Origin: Selaginella moellendorffii
Taxonomy: Eukaryota; Plantae; Lycopodiophyta
Direction: 5' to 3'
NCBI RefSeq assembly: GCF_000143415.4
Contig: NW_003314351.1
Location: forward strand, 290,142 to 354,141
Length of the DNA stretch: 64,000 nucleotides
Shown: positions 34,501-45,700 of the stretch, in pieces
Layout: each line of letters starts with the position of its first letter
How positions within the stretch are numbered: position 1 is the first letter of the stretch
Translations under genes and position numbers: made by a program
Notes under the pieces: model-generated
What the model was told of the DNA's origin: nothing
What the model saw: only the letters and a program-made list of their open reading frames with translations
Database searches by the model: none

Positions 34501-36366
34501 CAAGCACAACCACTGGCTTTCTCATAATGTTTTTGTTCTCTCTTGGTGAGATTCTAGACAAGAAAATTTGTTACAACTGGACGAGAACTCGAAGTGTTTT
34601 GATCCTTCAAAGAGTTAATTGATTTTTGTGTTCTCATGCAAGTCTGGTCGGTCATAAATTCTTCGGCATTGTTTCAAACAAAAGAACTCCTGGAAAACAA
34701 AGAGACTGACAAGTTGCATCCTTAACAACACAAGTCTCTTTTTGCTTCACTTCCCACTCCATCTCAATCGCCTTCCTTGTTGAGCTCTTTTATATGGGTT
34801 TATACCTAGTGATTAGTATGGATGTGTCTTTGACACACCTTATATTGAGAAGTTTTAGGATTTTTCTTCTTTGACTTGAGATTATTAACATGTTTTCTAG
34901 TGACATAGTGTAGCTATATAAAAAGTGTGTGGGCATGGATTTCTTTTGGCTTTATTCTTTCCCAGGACAGCTGTGCAAAGGCAAATTGAATGTGAGCCTG
35001 ATATAATGTGCTCAAAACATGAAATATGGAAGTTTTGTGACTTACAGAGGAAAGTTTGAACTACTTTGCAAACCATAAATCTGTTTGTGTTATTACCAGC
35101 AAGCCTGGTTGGTGCTTAAATTCTCATGGGTCTTGAGAATTTACTCACTCACTTAGTATGCTTTTTCTCTTTGAATTTGGAGATTTGGTAATTGTGTTGG
35201 GAGGTCTATCCTTTCTTATCCTGAGAGCTCAGAGAGTCCCATTCAGATTGAGCTTTGCTTCTTGCCACTAAGAGGAGATGAGAAAATAAAAAACATGAAT
35301 TAAAATTTAAACACAAATATCTAAAGATTGGTAAAATAAACTAGAATATACTTGTTTAGGAATATTAATTCAACTTTTTACTATGGTTGGAACATACAGA
35401 TTTTGTATAGCTCAAATCTCACACAAAATGATGCCCTTTCATTCAATTGCACACTTAACATGTTTAGGATTTTAACTAATATTTATTTAGTTGGGAAACT
35501 GTCAAGTCACTGCGTATTACTAGTATAATAGAAACTTAGTATTTCTTCTAATTCATGCTTGCAAATGGATTAGCCAATTGATGTTATAGTCAAAGATAAT
35601 GTCCACCTAACCTCCCTCAGCAGATCCTTCAATTTGGCATCTACAAGTACAGCTACTATAATATTTGATAGGGTTTTTAGCGATCATTCGAGTTTAAGCA
35701 AGATAGATAGTGAATGCCACCATGAAAAATTTGGTTGCCGCCAGAAAAAAATGTATGAAATTTATCTATGTAAATAACCATCCACAGACAATAATAGTAC
35801 AACTAAAGAAAATATACTTTGGTTTGAAAATGTTGGCCAGATAATATGTATGTTAGATTGGAAGTATTATAGGAAATAAAAAAACCTAGAGTAAAACGCC
35901 CGACTTTCAAATGATACTTGATCACTGAGACTGTGTGGCTGTCTATTCCGACCTTTAAGTGGAAACTATACAGGTTGTCGCGTATTTTCACAGCTGGAAT
36001 GTTGCTCGCGAGGCGAAGATTGCTCTGTCTGTGATAGAAGCAACGACTTCATTGCTCCAGCAAAGGGATTGTCACTGGGAAAGTAAAAAACAGAAAAGGG
36101 ATGTGTGGCACGCTTTCGATTCAAATCTCCATAAATCTTCGCAAATCAGTTTACTTGCTGTGCTTAGCTGCATGCAATGCAATCGTGACAATCGTACCGT
36201 ACGTGAGTTTTTGCCGAGCCGTACCCACGCTTTGTGTGGTACAGGTGAAGGAAACTTTGGAGTTCGTTTTTATTGCTCTTGGATGTGAAAGAGAAAGAGC
36301 ACGAGAGAGAAAGAAAGATCTTACCCCACAAGAACAAACAAAAGCAAAAGCTAAGATAGTCTACCT

Positions 36367-36395
<29 letters not shown>
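36367..36395. repeat. (GA)n microsatellite
   Basis: Direct observation. Confidence 0.95.
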
Positions 36396-36399
<4 letters not shown>

Positions 36400-36633
36400 A
36401 CCGGAGACAGATGTACTTGGGTGAAAATCAAGCTTGGGTGCTGACGTATACGGCCTCTGGACTTATGGTGGATTTATGGGCGATGGATGGATGGAATGGA
36501 GAACCAGCTCTGCTTATATTGTGGGATCTCTCGGAGGATTTCTCGGATGAAAGCTTGTGTGTGGTGCGTTAGAACTCAGAAGATGACTCATGAGAGGGAG
36601 GAGAGGATCTAGAACTTAGAAGAGAAGATCAAG

Positions 36634-38346
36634 CTAAGGAGAGTGACGATCGCCATCATCAAAGAGAGGTCTATGGTGGAGCGTCACGGGGAGGCCATTC
36701 CGCATGAAGAGCGTGAGCGACAGCTTCTGCTTGGCGACATGGCCGTCCACGACGCGGACGCTGAATCGGCTGAGGATGGAAGCTGCGATGGCTTTCATCT
36801 GCAGATAGGCCACGTCTTTGCCCAGGCACAGGCGCGGACCGGCATTGAAGGCCGTGTACTTGAAGGGCGACTCGGGCACGAAGAAGCCGTTCTTGATCCA
36901 GCGCTCCGGCCGGAAGTCGAGGCAGTCGGGCCCCCAGATGCTCTCCATCCGGCCCATGGAATAGATCGAGTAGAGCACTCGCCTCCCCTTCTTGACGCGC
37001 GTGCCGTCGGGGAGAGTGTCGTCCTCCGCCACCTCCTTGTTGTCGATCGGCACCGACGGGTACAGCCGCAGCGATTCCGATAGCGCCGCGTGAAGGTACT
37101 GCATCGATCGCAGCTCCTCCACGCTGAACTGGTGGATTCCATCGCCATCCTCGCCGCCATCCTCCTCCTCTTCCTCCTCCCGCTCGTCCTCTCCGGGGAT
37201 CTTCCGTACGAGACAGTCCGAGTTTCGTACCTCGGGGTCGGAGGCCCGTACGCATCCCCTGCCCGAGCCCCGTACGACGGTGCGCAGCTCGTCCAGGATG
37301 GCGGCCTCCACGCGCGGGTTGGACTGGAGGAGCCAGAAGAACCAGCTGAGCGCGACGGAGGAGGTGTCGCGGCCGGCGAGGATGAAGTTGATGGCGACGT
37401 CGCGGAGGAATTTGTCCGAGTAGCTGGGCTTGCCGGTGGCCGGGTCCGTGGAACTCAGGAAGCACGACAGTAGATCGCTGCGCCGCGAGGGCCGATCGTC
37501 GGCCATCTCCGCCTTGCGCTTGGCGATCACGTCCGCCGCGAACGCCTCGATCGTCTTGAGGCACTCGCGCAGCTTGCGCTCGCGCCGGATGCCCAGCAGC
37601 CTGTCCAGCTTCCAGCTGAATTCCGGGACCGTGAAGCGCAGCAGCGTGAGCGTGGTGGCGACGTCGAAGGCGCGCGCGAACGGCACCCGCGGCAGCCCCG
37701 CGCACAGGCACCCCGGGTCGGCGCCAAACGCGAGGATGCAGATGTTGTCAAAGGTGAAGCGCAGCATCACGTCCTGGAGGTCAATGGTGGCGGAGGTGGC
37801 GGCGGCGTGGCGGAGAATTGGGAGGAGGCGGCGGTGGACGAGGCGCTGCACGGATCTGGCGGTCAGGTCGCGGAACGACTTGGTGTAGAACTCGAGGCTG
37901 GCGAGCTTGCGCTGGAGCAGCCAGGTGTTGTGGTCGCTGTTGAAGATCCCGCTGCCGAGGAGATCGTGGAAGCCGGCGCGGAGGATCTTGCCCTTGGGGA
38001 AGTTGGCGAAGTTGGTCTTGAGGATGTACTCCACGTTTTGGGGATCGCTCGTCACCACCACGTTGAGGCTGGGGATCCAGGGGACGATGAAGGTGAAAGT
38101 GCCGCCGGTTTGGACGAGGATGCCCGTGACCCAGTCGTATCCCTGCTTGAAGTTGCGCGAGAGCTGCGGGATCATCCCCACAATTGGCCACACCAGCGGG
38201 CCTTTCGCGTTGTGGTAGCGGAGGAAGTGGCAGACGAGGTAAGCGGCGATCATCGCCGCCACGTCCAACCAGGTGATGCGAATTCCGTGCGGGAAGAACG
38301 GTGATGGATGCGACGGTGCCGATCCCACGGCCTCGACTGACTCCAT
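36634..38346 (-). CDS. Cytochrome P450, CYP86 clan (fatty-acid omega-hydroxylase-like), intronless
   Basis: I-helix ILAGRDTSSVALSWFFWLL, ESLRLYPSVP, FRPERW and heme motif FNAGPRLCLG. Confidence 0.93.
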   Translation of the reverse strand: MESVEAVGSAPSHPSPFFPHGIRITWLDVAAMIAAYLVCHFLRYHNAKGPLVWPIVGMIPQLSRNFKQGYDWVTGILVQTGGTFTFIVPWIPSLNVVVTSDPQNVEYILKTNFANFPKGKILRAGFHDLLGSGIFNSDHNTWLLQRKLASLEFYTKSFRDLTARSVQRLVHRRLLPILRHAAATSATIDLQDVMLRFTFDNICILAFGADPGCLCAGLPRVPFARAFDVATTLTLLRFTVPEFSWKLDRLLGIRRERKLRECLKTIEAFAADVIAKRKAEMADDRPSRRSDLLSCFLSSTDPATGKPSYSDKFLRDVAINFILAGRDTSSVALSWFFWLLQSNPRVEAAILDELRTVVRGSGRGCVRASDPEVRNSDCLVRKIPGEDEREEEEEEDGGEDGDGIHQFSVEELRSMQYLHAALSESLRLYPSVPIDNKEVAEDDTLPDGTRVKKGRRVLYSIYSMGRMESIWGPDCLDFRPERWIKNGFFVPESPFKYTAFNAGPRLCLGKDVAYLQMKAIAASILSRFSVRVVDGHVAKQKLSLTLFMRNGLPVTLHHRPLFDDGDRHSP

Positions 38347-39713
38347 GGCGCACAATCTAGATATCGCTCCCCCTCTCTCTTTCTATCTCTTGCTCGTCTC
38401 CAGCAATGGACGAAACGATTAAGAGAGCTTCCTTCCTTCTTGAACTTGACGATGGATGATCTTTCGATGGCCAGAAGCTCGAGGATACAGTGCGATTCTC
38501 ACACGAGAGGGAGAGAAAGAGATGGAATCATCATCCGAGAGAAACAGAGGATGATCATCAGCAACTCCTACACTCTCTCGAGATCTCCTCAAAGTAGCTT
38601 GGATTTCTCGAGCATCGCCCAGCTTGAGCTCCTGCTGCCGCGAGGATTTATACCTCCCGCTGCCCTCCTCCTCCTTCCCAGGTTTCCTTTGGTTACTAGA
38701 AGTTCCTAGCTGGGCGGCCCCGGGTTGGTGTTCTTGTTCTTGATCAATCAATGCGCCAATTTTTTTATTCTTCCTAAAATGGAGAAGCTCATCAACGCCA
38801 ATGGCAGCCAAGCTCGCGGGGAGAGAGACGAAGGAATCGAAATGAATCTTGAGACGATTCCTCTCCAGATGCCTTGCTTATAAATGAGATCCTCGCTGGT
38901 TCACAAGCTTCTTGGAATAGACACGCGTTATACGGGGAATTCCGCGGATTCCCCACCGGAAAGTCCGGCCTCGCGAGATCGACGGTGGCAGATGATGGCG
39001 GCAGAAACCATTGCGGTCACCGCGCGACGACCAGGCTGACACTGGCCGTTGACCAGTCGGAAATAGTCAACGGTTTGTCTTGCTTGCCGTGGTCTAGACA
39101 CCCGCAAACTACCAAAGTAAATACTCGATTGATTCCAAGCGTATTCATTGAAATCGTTGGCTTGTCGTGATTTTTGTAAGTTTGTAGGGTCAATCGATTT
39201 CGATGGGGCGATGCGGATGGATGAATCGCTTTGTTGCATTGCATCGCGGAATAACCAGTAGCGAAGTGTCAATCTCATGTACGGGTGAAGAGATTTCTTG
39301 GGCTCGGATTCTTGATGAAAAGGGATTCCCTCATCAAAGTTGTTGCTGAGACGAACAATCACAAGGTTTTGATCTATATCCTAAACCCCGAGAGAGCTGG
39401 TGGTGGTTTCGTGGCCTCAAGATCAAAGTTTGATTGGGGAGGCGCTGGACCAGCACAATAAATACACAAATTTTCTAAACTCAATCTCTCAATTGTAGGG
39501 ATGCGTATAGGTGATGTTCCACTGGGTGTGGATCAAACGTCAATTTCTCGGTGCGCCGTTGCACCAACTAGTTAAGCGGGCGAAGCGAAATTCAATGTGT
39601 TCATACAAAAGAAAAGTTAAGTGTTTCACATTTCTTCTTCAAATTCCATCGAATCTTTGACGAGGAATCTTTGACTGGTCAATGGCGCTCGAAAGATTTA
39701 GGGCTTTCCAGCG

Positions 39714-41136
39714 ATGGCGCCCAGCAGCTGCGCGGCATTCTCAGGTTTGAATTCCCCTTGCCATGGCGTGCGCGCCACGGAGTTTTCGCGGCGCCGCTTC
39801 GCTATGGCCGCCACGCCGCCCGGCAGCGGCAGCGGCGGCGGTGCCAGCGAGCTTCAGACGAGGATGAAATCGCCGCCCGCGGTAGAGACCAGCTTCTGGC
39901 AATGGCGCGATTACAACATTCGCTACCAGCGCGCTGGAGCGGCGGGGCCGGCGCTGGTTCTCATCCACGGATTTGGCGCAAATTGGTAAGAACAAATCCA
40001 TCCATAGATTTCATCCTCGTGATAGATACTAAAAAATTCGCTGCATTGTTCTTGGCAGTGATCACTGGAGGAAGAACATTCCAGTGCTGGCAGAGCGTCA
40101 CAGGGTATATGCAATCGATTTGCTTGGCTATGGCTACTCGGACAAGCCGAGTCCACGACAAGCTCAGCCCGGCAACTTTTATACGTTCGAGCTCTGGGCA
40201 AGCCAAGTTCTAGATTTCTGCTCTGACGTCGTCCAGGACGAAGTGTTCCTCGTTTGTAATTCCGTGGGTGGCAAGTATCATTCTTTTATATGGTTTTTGA
40301 AAGAAATTTCTCTTTTTTGGATTTTTTTTTCTCCAGGAATAGTGGGCCTTGAAGCAGCACTGACTCGCCCAGCTAGCGTCAAAGGACTCCAATTGATAAA
40401 CATTTCCTTGCGCCTACTTCACATAAAGAAACAAGCGCGGTTTGCTCGGCCATTCATTAAGGCATTCCAGGAGCTCTTGAGGTAAATTCTTTCCAGTTCT
40501 TCTTCTCCACACTTCCTCACGTGGTTTTTTATTGTATAGACAAACAGCTGTTGGAAAAGCGTTCTTTAAGTCCGTCACTACTCCAGAGACTGTGAAGAAG
40601 ATCCTCTGTGAGGTTGGTGTTGCGTCGAATTGTGTTTGTGTACTGGTTTTGGATCTGATGCTTTCATTCAGTGCTACCACGATGACTCTGCCGTGACTGA
40701 CGAGCTCGTCGAGATTATCCTGCGACCTGGCCTCGAGAGTGGCGCGGCCGACGTGTTTCTGGATTTCATCGGCTACTCTGGCGGACCTTTGCCGGAAGAA
40801 ATGCTTCCCAGAGTCCAGGCAAATCACAGACGCCCTCCTTGATGTGTGCCTGGAAATCGCTGACGATCACGATTGCTTCAGTGTCCCGTTTCGATACTCT
40901 GGGGTGAGAAAGATCCCTGGGAGCCGGTTTTGCTGGGACAAGCATACAGGAACTACGAGACAGTGGAGGAGTTTATAGTTCTTCCAAATGCTGGCCACTG
41001 TCCACAGGTACGCTTTGGCATTTATTTTGTTCTTGATGACGGTGTACGTCTCTGGCAGGACGAAACACCAGAACTTGTTAATGAGCTGGTGGAAAAATTC
41101 GTTAGTCGGCACGATCATTCGTCACAAGCAGCGTGA
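39714..41136 (+). CDS. Plastid alpha/beta-hydrolase (pheophytinase-related, At5g19850-like), multi-exon
   Basis: LVLIHGFGA, DLLGYGYSDKP, nucleophile elbow CNSVGG, WGEKDPWEP and AGHCPQDE. Confidence 0.9.
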
Positions 41137-41290
41137 GCGAGAGTACAATCGAAGCTCGCGAACTCACGAGAATATTACGCTTGTCAGATCTTGAGAACCA
41201 AAAGCCAAGTTGACGGTACGAACGTGTGTATAACTCAGAGTTTCTTCTATCACCGACGAGAACGATCAAGATCCGCGCGGCGAGAATGTC

Positions 41291-42628
41291 ATGAGACACT
41301 CCTGGCCGGAGAGTAAAGCTCTGGTGAGATTGGTCAGGGGCAGCATTGGTACCAAAGACTTTCACGAGGCGAAACGCGTCCACGACCTGGTTCTCGCCAG
41401 CGACCTCGGCACGGACAGGTATCTCTGCAACCTCGTGATCGAGATGTACGGAAAGTGCGGGCGAGTGGACGAATCTTTGCGGGTTTTCGAGGAGCTGGAA
41501 GGGAAGAATCACAAGTCTTGGAATGCGCTGCTGCATGGGTTTACCGTGAATGGGTACGCCAGGCGAGCGTGGCGGATCTTCGTTGGGATGCCGGAGCACG
41601 ACTATTTCTCGTGGAACGTGATGATCACGGTGTTACTCCAGACTGGGAACTTGGAGGGCGGGAGGGATTTGTTTGAGAGAATGCCGGAGCCGAATGCGGT
41701 GAGCTACAATCTGGTGATCAAGGCGTACGCGCAGGTGGGATGCGTTGATCAAGCGAAAGCGCTGTTTGATCGAGCTCCTAGTTTGAATGACGTCTCGTGG
41801 ACGACGCTTATATCTGGAAATGCCGAGAGTGGGCGGTTGAGTGAAGCGAAACTTGTGTTCGAGCGAATGCCTTTGCATGATAAAGTCTCTTCCAGTGTGA
41901 TGATCCAGTGCTGTGGTCTTGCCGGTAACTTGGATGAATCAAAAATGGTTTTTATGAGCATGGAGGAGAGAGACGTGGTTTCGTGGACGTGCTTACTTGT
42001 AGCATATGCCGAGAATCGGTATCTTGTTGGTGCTGCGTGGAGCTTTGAGAAGATGCCGATGCGCGGCACTGTGACATGGACGGCCATGATGAACGCCTAC
42101 GCTCAAGCGGGAAATCTCCGGGAGACTTGGAGGATGTTTAGTTCCTTGCCGGAGCTAGACACTGCTGCGTGGAACGCAGTGATCGCAGCGTATGCCCACT
42201 GTGGAAACAAGAAAGAGGAGGCTATGCGTTGCTTGGAGCTCGCCAAAACCATGAAACTCGAGGGGTTTTTCCCAAATCATGTCACATATGCTGCCATTCT
42301 CTCAGCTTGCAACCACGTCGGGCTTGTGAGCGATGTTTGGGAGAACTTCGTGTCGATGATCGCGGATCACGGGATTGTGCCTATAAAGCAGCACTACTCA
42401 TCGATTGTGGATGCGTTGGGGAGATCGGGGAGGATGGAAGAGGCGAAAGAGTTGATCCGAAGCATGCCCTTTGAAGCAGATGAAACTGCGTGGACGGCCA
42501 TGCTCAATGCTTGTAGAATTCAGGGCGATGTGTCAGCGGGATTGGATGCTGCGAGTCGAGTCGTGAATGACAAAGATGGAAATCCATTTGTAGCTGTTTC
42601 TACCCTGTATCGATCAAAGGTTTCATAG
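41291..42628 (+). CDS. PLS-class PPR protein (short, SS-rich, E domain), intronless
   Basis: 445-aa ORF with VSW/VTW repeats and ACNHVG...HYSSIVDALGRSG. Confidence 0.9.
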   Translation: MRHSWPESKALVRLVRGSIGTKDFHEAKRVHDLVLASDLGTDRYLCNLVIEMYGKCGRVDESLRVFEELEGKNHKSWNALLHGFTVNGYARRAWRIFVGMPEHDYFSWNVMITVLLQTGNLEGGRDLFERMPEPNAVSYNLVIKAYAQVGCVDQAKALFDRAPSLNDVSWTTLISGNAESGRLSEAKLVFERMPLHDKVSSSVMIQCCGLAGNLDESKMVFMSMEERDVVSWTCLLVAYAENRYLVGAAWSFEKMPMRGTVTWTAMMNAYAQAGNLRETWRMFSSLPELDTAAWNAVIAAYAHCGNKKEEAMRCLELAKTMKLEGFFPNHVTYAAILSACNHVGLVSDVWENFVSMIADHGIVPIKQHYSSIVDALGRSGRMEEAKELIRSMPFEADETAWTAMLNACRIQGDVSAGLDAASRVVNDKDGNPFVAVSTLYRSKVS

Positions 42629-42723
42629 CGTAGCAAGTGGTTTAAATTCAAAAATCGGCATATTCGGGGGGCATATAAACGTTGGACATATTTTAGGGCT
42701 CCACGCATTAGGGTTTTGCTGAA

Positions 42724-45700
42724 ATGGAAGAGGATCCGGCGCCGCGCGTGCTCCTGGCGCACACATTCGAGCACCAGCAGCTGCGCGAGCACGTAGATGA
42801 GGTAATGCGCAGCGTCTCGTGCTCTCAAATCGAGCGCATTGGGTGTTTTCTCGCAGGTCAGATTCACGGAGGCTGTTCTTGTCAGCGGGTGCGAGGTTTT
42901 GGAGTTTCAGCGGCCCTCAGCCTGTTCAAACGTCCCAGTTCTAGGGTATGATGTGATCTGCAAGGGATTTCGTTCTCATTTTGGAATGACTATTGCAGGG
43001 AGACTTATCCAGCGTCGTTTGCTTTGGAGATATTTGCTCGAATAAAAGGAGAATCTCGTTTCTGGCCAGTTTGTGCTGCATTCGTCTACTCTTCCTCGGG
43101 GTCATCACTTGATCTCCAGGTCTGTAAAAAAAATAGAGAAACAAACTTACACTCCTTTTGATTTGTTCTTGCAGGTCATTGTTACGGATCATCTGGTTAT
43201 ACGTGGTATTTATTCCACAGTAACGCTCGTGATCTATGGAACACCTGTACGAGAGTTGAACCCCACGCCATTTATCGACCTTCCTTTTAAGTCCGAGCAT
43301 CCATCTCCAGTGCCAGAATCTCCAAAGCGGGATATCCCGCGACTCGAGCATTCGTTGCAAACGACCGAGATTTCCAACCTTGTCCGGAGACTTGTACGGC
43401 TTGCTCCTGCATCGCCAAAATCTCGTGCTGCTTTAGTCACGGCCGCTCTATCCTATCGAAAAATGGGCAGGAGACTTGACAACTACGACGCGATTTTGTC
43501 ATCCATGGCTCAAGTTGCTGAAGAATCGAACAAAGCAGAGAATGAAACATCGGAGACTGAAGTGCTCGATACGGTTTTGACGTGGATTCGAGATGGATTG
43601 TATTCGGGAAAAGGAAGTGAGGTATTGTTTTTGTTTGCTATTTTCGGTGCAGGTCTGAAAGCTTCACTCGTGCAGGTGAATAATTTTCTTACGGGCCTCG
43701 CCGCTGTGCAGCTGCTATGTATCAGTACTCCCGAGTGTTTTAACTTTGTTCTCGCGGGTGGGATTGACGTTTTGATCAAGGCCTTGCAAATGGCCTCCAC
43801 GGTTTCTCCGGTTGCTACAAGTTTGGCATTGCAAGCTTTGGAGATTTCGTCTCGTCATGCATTTGGCTGCGACGCTGTTCTTGGATGGGGAAAACACCAG
43901 GGGCAGAAGATATGTTATGCAACCATATTATTGACTCTTGTCCAAGCACTCAGTTCTTCTGTTGTTCACCTGTCCGTGCAAGTTCTTCACCGCCTTCGCG
44001 TATACGAGTTGGCTGCGACTTTTCAGGCATGTTATCATCTTCTGATGTCTTTTCAGGGCTCACTCATCATACGTGTTTCAGGAAACAATCGAATATCTGC
44101 TGACGGATAATTCCTCTGACCTGGGAAAACAGGATGATCTTTTTATCGCGGCTGCGAGACTGTTAAAAAAACTTACTGTAAGTTTAATTCCTCAAAGTCC
44201 GGAGGCTAACGGTTTGCGCTTGCAGAACGTACTCTATTTAAAAACTGACGTGACATTCCCAAAGCATGCATCTCGGTTTCTTCCCATGGAGTTTGAAGAT
44301 GATGGTTTTTCTTTAGACAATCCGAATGAAAACGTGGATGATTACATTCTGGTTATCTTACAGGCACGTGTTATCTTGATTTCATATATTTCCTCTTATG
44401 TTTGAGTCCAGGAAAGGCGCTTTATATCGTCAATAGCAGCCTTCATTACTTTGAACCGTGATAGAAGCAAGACTTGTATGAAAATATTGACAGGAACCTT
44501 GGACACCGTGCAAACTCTTCTTTTATCTCTTCTCAGTTCTCGGTCCGGTATGACTTTCCGCGGCTGTAATGATCGATAGCTAACCTCTGAAATTTAGGAA
44601 CGTTCCTTCTTTCTTCTGACCCGGAGGCTGCAAGAGCTATGGCAGCTGTTCTCCAGAAGCGATGTCGTGATCAGACGCCAGAAGAGTCGAATATTTGTTC
44701 GATTCAATCCACATTAGGATTCAGGCCATGGAATTTCGAGAAGCTCCTTGAGACGAGTTTATCTACGGTAAGGCTTTGGATTTTGTCTCAAAAGATCTTA
44801 TGCCAACTACGCGGTTTTCATGGCAGGTTGACATTTTCCAGCGTTTGCAGTCATCTGTCGATGGATCTAACGAGTATTTATGGTGTTTGTGGAAGGTGTC
44901 ACTCCTATCCAGGTAAGCCGTGTGGTGACTGTGTATGACGCTAATGTCCATGAACACAGGACACAAATAGGACGGCGGGCGATCACGACTAATTTTCAAG
45001 ATACAAAGGTTTGCTTTGCAAAGAGTTTTTAGCACGCTGAGTGAGTTTTACAGGCTCTTTCGACTATGCTTGAAGTTTTGGATAGTACCACAGCTACGTC
45101 TGGTATTCGTAACTGAGTTCTCGTCTATTAACTCGTTGTAAGTTGTGGCAGAAAAGCTCCTTGCAGCATCTTATGCAGCAGAAACCCTCTACGTCCTCCT
45201 CAGCGATTCAACTCTTGCCGTATGGACTACCTGGGTAAAACATGCTGCAAATCTGAAAGAAGTGATCTCCAAACTGAAGGTTGTGGAGGACGAGCTATCT
45301 GAAACCGGCCTGTTCACTATCCGGTTACAGCTAGTCGCTGATGCAGCTCTAATCTATCAAGACAAAGGGGCTGTTGGTCTATTAAAGTTCGCCGCATTTC
45401 TTGCTGGAGAGAATTCGAATCTGGATGGGTTTGACGTGAACACTGTAATGGTCGATGAGCACGATGCCAGCAGTCTGTTGGGAAAAATGGATGGATCTTC
45501 CGGGTTTAATGACTCTACAATTATTCAGCTGACAGCTTGCATGCAAATCTTAGCATCCGTCTGCGGATCCGTAAGTACCTTTGATCTCTTCGAAATCTCT
45601 TCACGTGAGCGACAGAAACACTTTTCTTTATTTGTCACCGGCGTTCTCACTGCGCTTGTTTTCTTCCAGAGTCTCGCAGCTGCTTTATATGCAGAAGGGG

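Noticed and set aside
36671-38353. Long alternative-frame ORFs (346 aa, 190 aa) over the P450
   Set aside because: Expected from very high GC3; no domain signal.
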